Positions 48,136 through 60,865 are shown, counted from the first letter of the whole stretch. The stretch: 61,310 bases of DNA, filler included, from Asterionella formosa (GCA_002256025.1; 13 parts of 13 records of this genome joined end to end with filler, not necessarily neighbours in it), one strand, 5' to 3'. The notes: a model not told the origin generated them from the sequence alone. Translations and numbers: made by a program.

Positions 48136-48960
48136 TCAAAACGTCCCTTCCCAGAGATTTGATAACAGAATAGATCCGTGTGATTCATCAAACGCTTGTG
48201 CTTGAATGGAGAATTCTTTCCCCTCAATCGATCGGCATCGCTTCAAATAGCACTTGGCGGCGTCGTTTGTAGAAACCACCCATACAGCGTCACCTTTCAC
48301 GACCAACGCAGCATCCTCGTCGATTCCAACACAAGGTTGTTCAGGACTTTCTGTCATCATAGTTTCCGAATCAACAGATCTTAAAATTCCATTGCTTTGA
48401 GTGGCATCGTGATGAGGGACACAAAGGGCAGGCAAGTACCCCAGCCCTTTAACCCGTATATACTTCCAATCCCTCTTTTGTTCTTCAGTCAGATTAGCAT
48501 CTACAGTAAGTTGCGTCGTGGGATCCAAGGAATCCGAATGACCTTCATCGAACCAGCAAATGGCCCCAGCACTCCCTCCACAGAGAACTACACCTTGTTT
48601 GGATGCCCGTTGAATCATAACGTCAATACCAAGCTCTTTCCATCGATTGACTGCGTACAACGTGTTACCACCAGAAACTAAAATAATATGAGCTGACCCG
48701 AGTGATTCTTGAATCTCGGCAGTCGAGGGAATGGAATCCATGGCTTCACTAACTTTGAGAGAAATGACGTTGCAGGTACTTTGATATCCGTCCGTCTGGA
48801 TCGCAAAGGACTCCTCTTTGTCATAAGATGCTGTACCTAGGTATATAAGCTTTGGTGTTTCGACAGTAGTTGGAGTCACCAAGTTCAGGACTGTTTGTAC
48901 AATCTTGGGATGACTCATGGTGCGTCCTCTGCCTGCTGCAACAATTCGAAGTGCAGTCAT
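48136..48960 (-). CDS. Peptidase E / S51 family
   Basis: IYLGTAS, ILVSGGNT, nucleophile motif GGSAGAICW, GLG...PHHD, GIDEDAAL; ATG at 48960. Confidence 0.88.
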   Translation of the reverse strand: MTALRIVAAGRGRTMSHPKIVQTVLNLVTPTTVETPKLIYLGTASYDKEESFAIQTDGYQSTCNVISLKVSEAMDSIPSTAEIQESLGSAHIILVSGGNTLYAVNRWKELGIDVMIQRASKQGVVLCGGSAGAICWFDEGHSDSLDPTTQLTVDANLTEEQKRDWKYIRVKGLGYLPALCVPHHDATQSNGILRSVDSETMMTESPEQPCVGIDEDAALVVKGDAVWVVSTNDAAKCYLKRCRSIEGKEFSIQAQAFDESHGSILLSNLWEGTF

Positions 48961-49880
48961 GGTCCTTTGCAACAACGACTGAATTCAAAAAAGGTCATAT
49001 AGAGAATCCTTGTGAAAGAAAGTCCACCANNNNNNNNNNNNNNNNNNNNNNNNNNNNNNNNNNNNNNNNNNNNNNNNNNNNNNNNNNNNNNNNNNNNNNN
49101 NNNNNNNNNNNNNNNNNNNNNNNNNNNNNNNNNNNNNNNNNNNNNNNNNNNNNNNNNNNNNNNNNNNNNNNNNNNNNNNNNNNNNNNNNNNNNNNNNNNN
49201 NNNNNNNNNNNNNNNNNNNNNNNNNNNNNNNNNNNNNNNNNNNNNNNNNNNNNNNNNNNNNNNNNNNNNNNNNNNNNNNNNNNNNNNNNNNNNNNNNNNN
49301 NNNNNNNNNNNNNNNNNNNNNNNNNNNNNNNNNNNNNNNNNNNNNNNNNNNNNNNNNNNNNNNNNNNNNNNNNNNNNNNNNNNNNNNNNNNNNNNNNNNN
49401 NNNNNNNNNNNNNNNNNNNNNNNNNNNNNNNNNNNNNNNNNNNNNNNNNNNNNNNNNNNNNNNNNNNNNNNNNNNNNNNNNNNNNNNNNNNNNNNNNNNN
49501 NNNNNNNNNNNNNNNNNNNNNNNNNNNNNNNNNNNNNNNNNNNNNNNNNNNNNNNNNNNNNNNNNNNNNNNNNNNNNNNNNNNNNNNNNNNNNNNNNNNN
49601 NNNNNNNNNNNNNNNNNNNNNNNNNNNNNNNNNNNNNNNNNNNNNNNNNNNNNNNNNNNNNNNNNNNNNNNNNNNNNNNNNNNNNNNNNNNNNNNNNNNN
49701 NNNNNNNNNNNNNNNNNNNNNNNNNNNNNNNNNNNNNNNNNNNNNNNNNNNNNNNNNNNNNNNNNNNNNNNNNNNNNNNNNNNNNNNNNNAAACCTTTCG
49801 ACATTTTGTACATCAATTCTGCGTTTCCTTAAATCCCACTATACGGCACACTTTAGGGAAATCAACACACAGCTACGAAT

Positions 49881-51685
49881 ATGCGGCGACTTGCCTCTAT
49901 TGCTTGTTTTGCCCTTCTTGCTGATCCAAGCTTCAGTTTTCTTGCCAGTCCAGCACTTCTACGGAAAGTATCCTGCTCACATCTGAGGGTCGCAGCACCC
50001 CGGAACGAGAAAAGGTCAGGCAGAGGAACTCCCCGCAGTACCAATCAAAAGGGAGGAAGGCGGCCTTCGAAGAAGGATCCAGAAGCTCGACCAGTCTTGA
50101 CAAACTACGACGAACAACGGAACGAATTCACAAACCAACAACGGCTCAATGGCAAAATTGGATGTGAGCACTTTGGACAGTGCCCAGGATGCGTGGCGGA
50201 TTCAAACATCGGCGAAGTCGACATTATCAAATCTGCAAAACTATATTTTTCGAGTACAGCGGTTCGGAAAAGACGCATGGACGTTGCCTACAACGATTTG
50301 GTGGTGGAAGAAAATGATGACGGCTTTTACAACGTTGTAGTTCCTTCCCTTTTGAATGGTTGGAGAACGCAAGCAAAGTTGGCAGTTGCTCCAAAGTCAT
50401 CGGCGTGGGCCAAGGATGGATGCGCCTTTGGACTCTATGCTAGAGGAACTCATTCCGTCTTGCCCATTCCGAACTGTCAAGTGCACCATCCGTCAATTAA
50501 CAAGGCTGTTGAGACTTTGGCAGAAGCAACGGCTCAAGTTGGAACTTCACCGTACGAAGAAGACAAGCAAGACGGCGGACTTCGTTACGTACAATTTCAA
50601 GTGGAAAGGAGCACTGGAAAAGTGTGTCTTACAATGGTCTGGAATGCGGAACAAATTAAACAAGCACAACCTGGCCTATCGCGCCTTGTTAAAAGCTTAC
50701 AAAGTTTGGATCCGGATCTATGGCATAGCATCTGGTTGCACTGCAATAATAATCCTGGTAATGCCATATTTTCACGAAATCCATCTGGATGGCATCTAAT
50801 CTCAGGGCCAGAGTTTATTCGTGAACCACTTCCTGTTGGCGACAAGGGTTGGCTCTACTTTACTCCTCTTGCCTTTCGTCAGGGCAACATGGATGGCTTT
50901 GACATTCTTGCGACAGATGTTGCCAAGCATGTTCCAGGAGGTAGTCGTGTTTGTGAACTTTATGCTGGAATTGGTGTTTTGGGGATGACGGCCTTGGCAT
51001 ATCATGCCGAAGCGGGAACGCCACTGACGTGGGTTCGATGTAGCGATGAAAATCCAGCGAATCCAAGGTGTTTTCAAAGAACTGTGGATTCCATGTACGG
51101 ATATAAAGCATGATGAAGGATGAAAAGGTGTTTATACCATTCATAGTCTAACATTGTTCCTATTCCTTTATCAGGCCATCATCCGTTACCGGAATTCAAC
51201 GAGGTGGATCGTTCAAGAAAGAAGAAAATCTTTTAACTATTGCTGAACTTATGCGTCAAATGGAGTCTGGACAAGGAAAAGATGTAACCGCTGAGCGAGA
51301 AGGCGACAAGACCAGTTATTTGGTTGCTTCTGCTGCCAAAGCACTAACGGATGGACAGGCTCTTGGTGCCAATGTATTAATCGTAGATCCGCCTCGTCGT
51401 GGACTGGAACAAGAAGTCCTTGACGAACTTTGCAAGCCATTCAACTCCTATCAAATTTATGTTGAAAGTAAGACAGTCCTTACAATTCCCGATGATAAGG
51501 TCAACTGGGTCAACGACGTGACAACGCTTGTATACGTTTCGTGTGGTTTTGATGCTCTTGCACGGGACTGTGAGCGACTACTATCAAGCCAAGGAGGCTG
51601 GCTGCTAGAGAGTGCTACAGGTTATGTGCTATTCCCCGGGAGTAACCATGTTGAGACAGTGGCAGTGTTTCGACGGAAATGGTAG
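49881..51685 (+). CDS. RNA (uracil-5)-methyltransferase, RumA/RlmD/TrmA family, probably plastid-targeted; join(49881..51094,51175..51685)
   Basis: Fe-S motif CEHFGQCPGC...C, AFRQGN, ELYAGIG, VDPPRRGL, VYVSCG, FPGSNHVET; 80-bp GT-AG intron restores the frame; signal peptide ending SFS-F. Confidence 0.9.
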
Positions 51686-51983
51686 TCTAGTAGGTTGGGT
51701 AGACTCAGACTTTGTCATAGTTGATGAAATTATTATATCTGCTATCTTTGCATTTCTTTTGCTTTAGAAATGCATGAAATGTCCAACAATTCAATTCCAG
51801 TCCATTCGCGTACCTGAGACATCACAAGCATCGGTATCAGAACCAAAAGCAGATGCCATTAGGTCGGCTATGTATTTCTTTGTNNNNNNNNNNNNNNNNN
51901 NNNNNNNNNNNNNNNNNNNNNNNNNNNTTAATTAATTAANNNNNNNNNNNNNNNNNNNNNNNNNNNNNNNNNNNNNNNNNNNN

Positions 51984-53230
51984 GATACTTGGCGTATTGC
52001 TATTCCTACATCATTATTGGATCCTATTATTAATTGGTATCATCAGATGTTAGCTCATGTGGGTATGACAAGATTAAATGCTACAATTGCTACACATTTT
52101 TATCACCCTATATTAAAAACAAGAGTGGAACATATTGTAAGAGTATGTGAAGCATGTCAACGTACAAAATTACCTGGTACTGGTTTTGGTGAACTTCCAC
52201 CCAGGAATGCATTATTATTACCATGGTCAGAAGTCGCAGTAGATCTAATTGGTCCATGGAAGATAACAGTGGCTGCTCAAACGATTGAATTTCGTGCTCT
52301 AACTTGTATTGACACAGTCACCAATTTAGCAGAAATTTCACGTATCATCAATAAAACATCAGAATATATTGCAATGAAATTTGAAAATGATTGGTTAGCC
52401 AGATATCCCCGTCCAGAACGTTGTATACATGACAATGGAGGTGAATTTACTGGTGCTCCTTTCTTACACATGTTAGTATTGAATGGAATCAAAGATGTGA
52501 CTACCACAGTAAAGAATCCACAAGCAAATGCTATCTGTGAACGTTTCCATCAATCTATCAGCAATAGTCTACGAGTTATGTTAAAGGCTCATCCTCCAAT
52601 CAATGAATTTCAAGCCCAAAATATTGTGGATACATGTTTTGCAGCTGCGTCATATGCAGCTCGAGCTACTATTCATAGTATATTACGTATTTCACCAGGA
52701 GCATGGGTTTTCCAACGTGATATGATATTAAATATTCCTTTGATTACAGATTTACAATTAATACATCAACGTCGACAGGTGATAATTGACGAACGTTTAC
52801 GTCGTGCAAATTTCCGTCGTCGATCTTATGATTACAAAGTGGGTGACGAGATTTTAATATTATTGGATAATCCTACTACTTTGGATGATCGTGGACGAGG
52901 TCCTTATACTATTATTCAAGTACATGCCAATGGTACAGTTACTTTTCAACGCACTATGCATATTACCGAACGAATTAATATTCGTCGTATCAAACCTTTT
53001 CATAGGTAAAAGGTTTTCCCTCAAGTGTGGGAGAGTGAGCAATCCTGCACATCGATACAGATATATATAGAGTTGGGGTTATGTCAAATATATCGGAATT
53101 CAATAATGAGAGAACTCGACTAACACCCATTCTATACTTTGATGTCAGTTCAGGAAATGAGTTATACATAAGGATTAATTAATAAGCTCATATATTCAAC
53201 AAATACTACTACTTCTAGTTAGATACTTCA
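51984..53230 (+). mobile_element. Ty3/gypsy 3' part: open integrase frame to 53009, PPT, 3' LTR 53036-53230
   Basis: Same family as 30432-33004; HHCC and DDE integrase motifs; GGGAGAG then TGAGC...CTTCA. Confidence 0.93.
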
Positions 53231-54215
53231 CCTGGTACCACTTTGATGGGGCACATACCGGTATTACATAACCTAACTACGAAGACACGCGCGCACCTAA
53301 GAGTATGATACAGAGGACTTCCACATACCTGGTGCCTGGTACTGGTACCATTATTACCGGTACACATTGTAGCAGGTCTACCGGTACGCTGTTGTAGCCA
53401 TACATTTCTTCATGCATACCGTACTACCACCAACAGTACCGGTGCTGTAGCAGGTACCACTCCGAGTGCTATATAGAAAACAACACTACGTGACCGTTAC
53501 CTGGTACTGGTACCAGGTAGCTGTACAGGCATGGAGTCCAGCACACCATACCGTTACCTGGTTTTGCAGTAGGAGTTAGTAAGGGTTAGGGTCACGTCAG
53601 CCATTTGAAGGTACCTTGTACCAGGTACCCCTGGTGCTTTGTATACGCACGTGCAGTACAAGTTACCAGTACCGGTTGGTACTGATGGTGTTCCCAATCC
53701 CGGTACCTGGTGTTAATACTACCGGGCACACTACATGTGATGCCGTATTCATGATCTGCTGAGAAATTTTCAAGTCGATTCTCATGCATGATCATACCGG
53801 TACTTGGTAGCGGGGGTAGCTAGATAAGCACCTGGCTGACGTCATTTCCTTTTCGATGACGCATACTCACTCTGTCTGGCCGGTTGTCATCTCGTCAGCT
53901 ATGTACGGGTAAGGCAGGTGCGGTATTTCGCTTAACAACCTGTCCAACTTCATCCCTCCATGTTTCATTCGCTCATCGACCAAGACGTAAGAGCCATTCG
54001 ATTTTCAATAAAGAGGAAGCTCGATAACTAATGAAGAAATATAGCTACATAGCTGGGTATTCCTCCTACCGGTAGTACAAACCACCTTAAAACCGGACCT
54101 TCCCGAGCTGAACAGAACGCCGGATGTGCAATGAAAACCTCGTTCTTGCTCAAGTGAACTCCTCCGATGTAATATCTTTCATTGTATCTACAATAGAATT
54201 CTAGCTGAAATACAT

Positions 54216-55784
54216 TTACAAATTTGTTGCACATTTCTTGAGGATGAGGCATCGCCTCCGACCTTGAAGGTCAAACCGCAGTCCAACGTATTCCAAATTT
54301 CTAAAGATGGCACGGATCTCGTCGACATGACGTTTGCCACCCACCTCAACTATCATGACCCCTTGGGGCTTGAGGAAAGGTTCCACTTGTTCTGCAACCA
54401 TTTCATAACATCCCAAGCCCCTGTTTCCGGCCACTAACGCTATTCTTGGTCCAAGGAGTCCATCTTTAATACATTCACCATTTGTGAGGTAAGGCGGGTT
54501 GCAAAGAATAACGTCAAAAACTTTTTTTCCAAGAAAAGACAGGTCGCTGAAGTCTCCAAGCGCCAAATGGGCTCGATTTGACAATCCATGCGATTGAATA
54601 TTGATTTCGGCAACTCTCAATGCTTCCGTCGAAATATCAACCCCAACACCACGGGTAGTCTCACCGGCAGCCATGAGTGATGCAATAAGAAGGCATCCAG
54701 TGCCAGTGCCGAGATCCAATACAGAAGCGTTTTCGGAATTCGATAAATATTCTTTGGCAGACTGAATTAATACTTCAGAACTTGGTTTCGGACTCATCAC
54801 ATCGCTCGTGACAAAGAAAGATAGCCCACAAAATGAGGTGACCGACCATCGATTTGACATAAATTCTTCCGTATTTATCCCGACCATTTGATCCATATAT
54901 TTTCTACGTAGCTCCTTATTCTGCACATCTTGATCTGTCTCTCGCTGCTGCTTACGATTGTAGAATCGCTGTTCTCGTTCTAAAACACTATGGAATTTGT
55001 CGGGGACATCCATGGTTACGACAACTGTTGCGTTCGGTTGATTCCAGAGTAATTCCAACTTGATGCACGTCGCAAAGCATCCATTCGCGTTCGACTTGAT
55101 TCTGGCAGAAGTTCCTAAAATGGGAGTTTTGTGTTTCAGAAGACAACCTCGCAATCCTCGTCCGGAGTGTGACAACATTACATGAATGGTTGACAAAGTA
55201 CCACTTGTAGTGACTGTGGTCCTTAACCTTCGGAGCCAAATGAATCCCACCATGTTTAGACAATCTGGTGGAGACCCGTGGACAATCAATTGGAAGGTAT
55301 ATCTCTTGGACACCTCCTGCAGCGACACCAGTCCTTGTTGTTGACTGACATGTGCGTCCAAGCTCACAAGTACAGGACCAGAGATGATACGTCCCACACA
55401 ATCCATGACTACATATCGCTCATCATCCATCGATGCAGGCAAGGCATTTTCAACCGTCTCCGAGTCGTTGCCGCTAACCGGCATACCGGCGGGCTTCCAG
55501 AGAATCATATACGCCGCAGTTCTGAACAAGATGGGAAGCAACGGAGTCGCGAAGCGGGCTTGGGAAATTTGAAATGGCGTTGCAATCGTCGAAACTAGAT
55601 CTCCCGTGTTCAAAAGGGCCGATTTGTGGGTCCGAACCAACCGATTCACCGAAATCCATCCATTCTGTAAACATCGGCCAACATGCTTCGGTGAGAGGTG
55701 AAGCTTCATTCGAAGGAACTCGTCCAGTCTTAGCAGCTCATTCTCCACCACAAACGAAGCTAGATGAATGATCTTGCCATCCAT
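54216..55784 (-). CDS. Fusion protein: S4 domain + degenerate RluA/RluD-like pseudouridine synthase + HemK/PrmC N5-glutamine methyltransferase
   Basis: RLDEFL...LQNGWISVN...LLNTGDLV (S4); LPILF...WKPAGMPV and IISGPVLV (RluA motifs); FCGLSFFV...PKPSSE, VLDLGTGTGC, GVDIS, ILCNPPY (PrmC); single 522-aa ORF. Confidence 0.8.
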   Translation of the reverse strand: MDGKIIHLASFVVENELLRLDEFLRMKLHLSPKHVGRCLQNGWISVNRLVRTHKSALLNTGDLVSTIATPFQISQARFATPLLPILFRTAAYMILWKPAGMPVSGNDSETVENALPASMDDERYVVMDCVGRIISGPVLVSLDAHVSQQQGLVSLQEVSKRYTFQLIVHGSPPDCLNMVGFIWLRRLRTTVTTSGTLSTIHVMLSHSGRGLRGCLLKHKTPILGTSARIKSNANGCFATCIKLELLWNQPNATVVVTMDVPDKFHSVLEREQRFYNRKQQRETDQDVQNKELRRKYMDQMVGINTEEFMSNRWSVTSFCGLSFFVTSDVMSPKPSSEVLIQSAKEYLSNSENASVLDLGTGTGCLLIASLMAAGETTRGVGVDISTEALRVAEINIQSHGLSNRAHLALGDFSDLSFLGKKVFDVILCNPPYLTNGECIKDGLLGPRIALVAGNRGLGCYEMVAEQVEPFLKPQGVMIVEVGGKRHVDEIRAIFRNLEYVGLRFDLQGRRRCLILKKCATNL

Positions 55785-56705
55785 TGTTCGAGCCCTCTTT
55801 TTGTTTGTTGAGAGAAGAATGGTAGGTGGAGACAGTTATAGTTATGATGGTGTCCATCTTGTCGGAATTTATTATATTTTAAGTTATTATAGTGAAAGTC
55901 TACCAGAATGCAATATTTTAAAACAAAATGAAATACCGGTCGTACACCGACCGGTACATCATGCCGGTGGCCGTAATAGAGAATACCGGTAAGTAAAGAG
56001 TAGGAATAACACGTTTTACATGTGAGAAAGCATATTTATCATCTTCCTATATATGTACAGAATATGTACTTCCTCTACAGTTAACACATAAGCAATGATG
56101 AACCCGTCTGATATAGTGGAGGGAAAATGGGCTGGCTAACCTTGTTAACCAGAAACCGTCTTAAACAGTGACGATATTCTCAGTGGCAATACCGGATAAT
56201 ATAGGTTAAAATGTAAAACGTAAACTAAAATTATGATATAAACTGTGAAAAATGGAAATGATCTCCAATGGTCAATCCATTCCTCTCTTCCTGTAGGTTA
56301 ATACTAATTCCATACGTAAATAGTGCATACGTAATCCCCGAATTGACGTGGTATGCAACCATACGTATTCCTTTTTCTCAAATTCTCAAGATCGGAACAT
56401 ATCCAGCTGTTTTGATCTTCCTCTATATATAGTAAACCCCTAATACTCCCCTTCATGCCATTATACGTGAGATCTTCAAGTGTGTGGGATGATCCTTTGT
56501 TTAGTGCTGGGGAACTTGATCTTGTCTTTTAAGGCGTTGTTTCTGTGCAGCATCCAACAACCTTTTCAGGAATACTGACATAGCATCGTACTTATGTATN
56601 NNNNNNNNNNNNNNNNNNNNNNNNNNNNNNNNNNNNNNNNNNNTTAATTAATTAANNNNNNNNNNNNNNNNNNNNNNNNNNNNNNNNNNNNNNNNNNNNG
56701 TCACA

Positions 56706-57341
56706 TTGACTGAGATCTGTCAAGCATGGCAATACATTGAAGTGTTTGTTATTGCTGTCATGGTGTCGGCTTGGCAATTGGGATCCATTAGTGCGTTTCT
56801 CATCGAAAGCTATTGTGACTCGCTGAAGTCAACTCTTTCTGCTTTGGCCTTTTTTGGAATCATTGCGATAGAAGATGCTCAGTGCTTTAAAATCCGAGCA
56901 AGCATTGAGAATGGAACCTATGTTTTGATTGCATCTGCCTTCGTTTTGGCCTTTCTCAATACCCTTGTCATGAAGGCTGCGGCACAATATTCACGTGATT
57001 GTGTAGCCCGCGAGGATGCATTGGCCGAACCTACTAAGCTTGACGACGTGTCGGCACGCACAATGCAAAATGAAAGTGTGGAGGAGATTATTGATAAGAT
57101 TCAACCGACACCAGTTTTGTTCACTGATGAGTTTAGATGGCTGCTACGGAGTAACGCGAAAGGATCTGTTGACGATGTAAGCACGGATACCTTTGATCCA
57201 GAAGCCGAGACAGTTGATCCAGGTAGCTCGCTTGAGCATGTCGAGGGGCCTGCCACTATCGGAAACTTTCAACAAGTCGAAGAAGTACCTTTGAACGATC
57301 AGAATATGACGATTGGTCAGCTTGATGACAGGGCTACCTGA
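56706..57341 (+). CDS. C-terminal fragment of a membrane protein with a PqiA-like region
   Basis: EICQAWQYIEVFVIAVMVSAWQL...YC...QCF..A....GTYVLI; 5' end cut by the linker. Confidence 0.6.
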   Translation: MTEICQAWQYIEVFVIAVMVSAWQLGSISAFLIESYCDSLKSTLSALAFFGIIAIEDAQCFKIRASIENGTYVLIASAFVLAFLNTLVMKAAAQYSRDCVAREDALAEPTKLDDVSARTMQNESVEEIIDKIQPTPVLFTDEFRWLLRSNAKGSVDDVSTDTFDPEAETVDPGSSLEHVEGPATIGNFQQVEEVPLNDQNMTIGQLDDRAT

Positions 57342-57612
57342 TGGGATAGGAAGTGAGTGTTGGCGTCGTTATTTGTAGAACAATCACCCCAAAAAATAGC
57401 TTGACAACTTGTGGCAACAGCCCAACGACGCTTGTTCTATTTTTCAAACACATACATAATTTTCTGTGTAATATTTCTTTTTAAGAAGCGAGAGTGACCT
57501 CTGTTTCAGAGTAGAAGCCTGAGTCTGATTTTGATTTCTTGGTTTGTACTGTACCTCAGAAAAGTCTTTCTTATGATCTGAAGGCTAGAAGGAAAAGTGA
57601 TGGAACTCAGCA

Positions 57613-58488
57613 TTATTTCTTCTTCTTTTTCTTTTTTGTTGGTTTGGATACGCCAGGATTCACCATCGACTGGACTTGAGCATTTCGTGATCGCTCTAAC
57701 ATCTCTTGTCTCCTTAATAGATTTGCATCTCTTTTTTCTAATACAGCATTCTTTTCCCTTTGGATTTCTGCTTGATATCGTTGATACTCCTCACGACAGG
57801 ATTCTCTGACCTCGTTGTCTAATAGTATCTCTTCGGCACCTTTCCCATCGTCGTAGTAGTAGTTTTCCAAAATGATACAGGCGGCTTCAGCATCGAGAGT
57901 GCCACGCAAAAATCTACCTGGATCTTGGGCATGTACTCTGGCAGCTGCTTCTTTGCTTGTATACCGTTCGTCCCAGAGGATGACAGGCACCTTTCCTAAA
58001 ACGGACAAGGCTTTGCGTGCCAATTTTTCTCCAAAAATCCGAGTCAAGCCAGTTTGCTCTGATTCAGTTCCATTTTTGTGAAGTGGGAGACCCAAAATTA
58101 TCTGTGAAGCTCCTTCTGATTTCGCGTATCGAATGATTTGATCGATAACCAATGTTGAATTTACTTCTTCAATGATTGTCAATTGACTCGGAGCAAAGCC
58201 GATTGTAACTGCTAATCCAGTGCGAGCAAGACCATAGTCAACCCCCAGTGATCGAAGTCCCAGGAGAGGCGAAGTCTCTTTGGTAATAGCAGCAGCAGCG
58301 GAAATAACCTCTTCGTCTTCGAGGGAGTTAACTCCACGGCCATTATTCTGGTGTTGGTTCCAAGAATCCGAGGAAGAAATCAGTAGGCCGATTTGGTTCC
58401 GTTGCTTGATGTTTAGTGTCCAGCCAAACGAGAAATGTTGCTGCAGTTGCATCAGAACCATCAGCGGGAAGAGGGGATTCATCAGCAT
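57613..58488 (-). CDS. yqgF: YqgF/RuvX-family nuclease (putative pre-16S rRNA nuclease), probably organellar
   Basis: SLGVDYGLARTGLA, IILGLPL..NG, WDERYTS, LDAEAACIILE; N-terminal extension with hydrophobic stretch ending SFG-W; first in-frame ATG at 58488. Confidence 0.9.
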   Translation of the reverse strand: MLMNPLFPLMVLMQLQQHFSFGWTLNIKQRNQIGLLISSSDSWNQHQNNGRGVNSLEDEEVISAAAAITKETSPLLGLRSLGVDYGLARTGLAVTIGFAPSQLTIIEEVNSTLVIDQIIRYAKSEGASQIILGLPLHKNGTESEQTGLTRIFGEKLARKALSVLGKVPVILWDERYTSKEAAARVHAQDPGRFLRGTLDAEAACIILENYYYDDGKGAEEILLDNEVRESCREEYQRYQAEIQREKNAVLEKRDANLLRRQEMLERSRNAQVQSMVNPGVSKPTKKKKKKK

Positions 58489-60670
58489 GACGACGCCGCG
58501 TTCAAGCAACTTGCCATGATGATTCAGATGCGCTGCTGATGGTTGGGATGTGACATTAACATCACATTTTACATGCCGCCGGTATATTTATATTTATATG
58601 CCTGTCTACACAAAATGTACAGTAAAAAAGGACCTCTACAGGGAATGAGTGGTCACGAGAAGCAAGCAGCTGCCTGCCTGCAGCATTTGTCGGAAAAAGC
58701 AATATTTTACCATGTCATTTCTGATTAAGAAGTCCTTGTATCCATTCTATTTCTACAAACTTAGAAACTGAAAGATTATAATGGTAGTGCCCTTCAAATG
58801 GCAACGCCTTTATGTGTCATCAATCCCCATACTCACTTGAATGCCCTGTTTAATATAACCAGCAAGACTTGCATGTTGCTGACCTGGTAGGATCATTAGT
58901 ACCTATAGCTGCTGAATATAGCTATCTAAAATGATTTTCCTTGATAACAAGAATGGCTGACAGCAATTAATTTTACCTTGTCGTCCATGTTTGCCTTTGG
59001 TGGAAAGTCAGGTGAGCTCAGCATTTTCCCCAGATTAACAGTGGTGTGATGATGGTGGTGGTGTGGCTGGCATTATCAGATGAAGTTTCTGGGATGCTTG
59101 GAGCACTTCTGATGCGCAAGCAAACTGGAAATTGAAATTTCTAGTACACATCGACCACTTGCTTAGATCAATGATTCTATTCATCTTTTCCTATTGTGAA
59201 ATGTTTCTTGCATAGGTTGGTACTTGTGTTCTATCTTTTGAAGCCCCAAGGATAGCTGACCTGACCTGACTGATGAAATGTCACCCACCAACCATTATGG
59301 TTTTTTTGGTGGATTGATACTTCAAGATAGAAAAGACTCATGCTATCCAGCTTTCATAATTCAAGTTGTCAGACTATCTAATAACATAGTAACCACTAGC
59401 CAAGCAACATGACTCTGCATTCTACAAATTCAATTCCTACTTAAACCTAGTAACTAATTCGAAGCCCTGCAATTCAACAAAATTACATTATGAAATCCAT
59501 GCTTTGCAAATTTTCATCATAAAAGTCTACATCAGCCTCTTTGGTTCCACCAGAGCTTCCCTTTTCTTAGAATTGATGTATAACAAGGGATAGTCTTCTT
59601 GTCATTTTCAGGGGTTTCTTTCATCCAGTCAAGTTTTACACCAACCATGTCCCTAAGCTCTCTCCAGCTTTGTGTGGAGATATTGGCAAACTTCTTGTGG
59701 AATTGTTGAAGGTAGTATGTTGTCACTTGAAAACTCAGGCACCCTTTTTGTGAAGTCATTGAAGATACTAGTATGCTTGGCACTTGAGAAATAAACATCA
59801 CATTCTTTGCTACTCCATCTTGGTAAAGTTTTGCATGAGCTACAGCTCAAAATCCTTTCCCCAAAATCTCCATTGTTATCCAGTGACTCAAAGAGCAGAC
59901 CATCATCCTTCAAAGTATGGAGGGTGGTATCAAAGGCTATGAGCCATGGCATAAGCAGGATGAGGATGCAACAAGTCCACCAATAATGTGCCAGGAATTT
60001 GAATGGTCATCATCACTTCTTGCTTGAATAAATGATGTTCCTGGCTCTTATGAATGCATAAAAAGTATGGTCATGGCTGAGCTACAACGAATTTTAATCT
60101 TGCAAAATTCATAATAATGCAATCTCTTTTTGATTTAGTTGATTTGTAAATCTCCCAAAAGCTATATAGAAGTCCTGAATGGCAAGAACTTCTTGATTGG
60201 TTTCTCTGATATATTAATATAGACATCCCTGAAAATGCTTAGCAGGGGTGAGCGTTGCATATATTTCATTTGGGCTGAGAGATACAGGTTGACAGCTGTT
60301 GGCTGATACCTCTCAATTTCTCAGGATCTTAAAACTATGAGGGAAATAGAAGAATCACTTGGTAGCTACAATGTTCAGCAGTCTTGAGGTCTTAATGTGG
60401 TGATACAAGGATCAGCACATTAATCTGGTTTGTATTTGACAAGAGCTGGAGATAGTCCAATATCCAAAAGTACGACCCAAATGCATATCTTAACTTAAGA
60501 AAAGGTTGGACAGGGACTAATGCTGACTAAATAATGACAGTACTATGACATGTGCATCAGTGGGAACAGCAAACTGCAGTACTGGTGTATCATGTCAGTA
60601 TCACTGGACACAGCAAACTGCAGTAAGAATGGTGTACATGTGACCATCAAAGCCATCATCAGTGCATTAG

Positions 60671-60865
60671 TGTTGAAATATATGGCGCCTCTTCTAGTGT
60701 GCTTCAGTACTGCCCTGGAATGACTGGTCAAAGATCTTTCTCGTGCCGCTCCTATGCAAATTAATCTGCTATATAAATCCTGTCTATTTCCGTTTAGACA
60801 TTCCTCAGACAACCTAGTCTTCGGACACCTGTAGACATCAACAGCCTAACAGACATACTCTGATA
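60671..60865 (-). mobile_element. Solo LTR of the same family as 18039-18232
   Basis: Reverse complement aligns along its length (e.g. GGTGTCCGAAGACTAGGT, GAGGAATGTCTAAACGGAAATAGACAGGATTTATATAGCAGA); similarity stops at both LTR ends. Confidence 0.8.

Noticed and set aside
9622..58488. Apparent cluster of RNA/ribosome maturation genes (PRORP, rpl9, RumA, PrmC fusion, YqgF)
   Set aside because: They lie on four unrelated contigs ordered only by length
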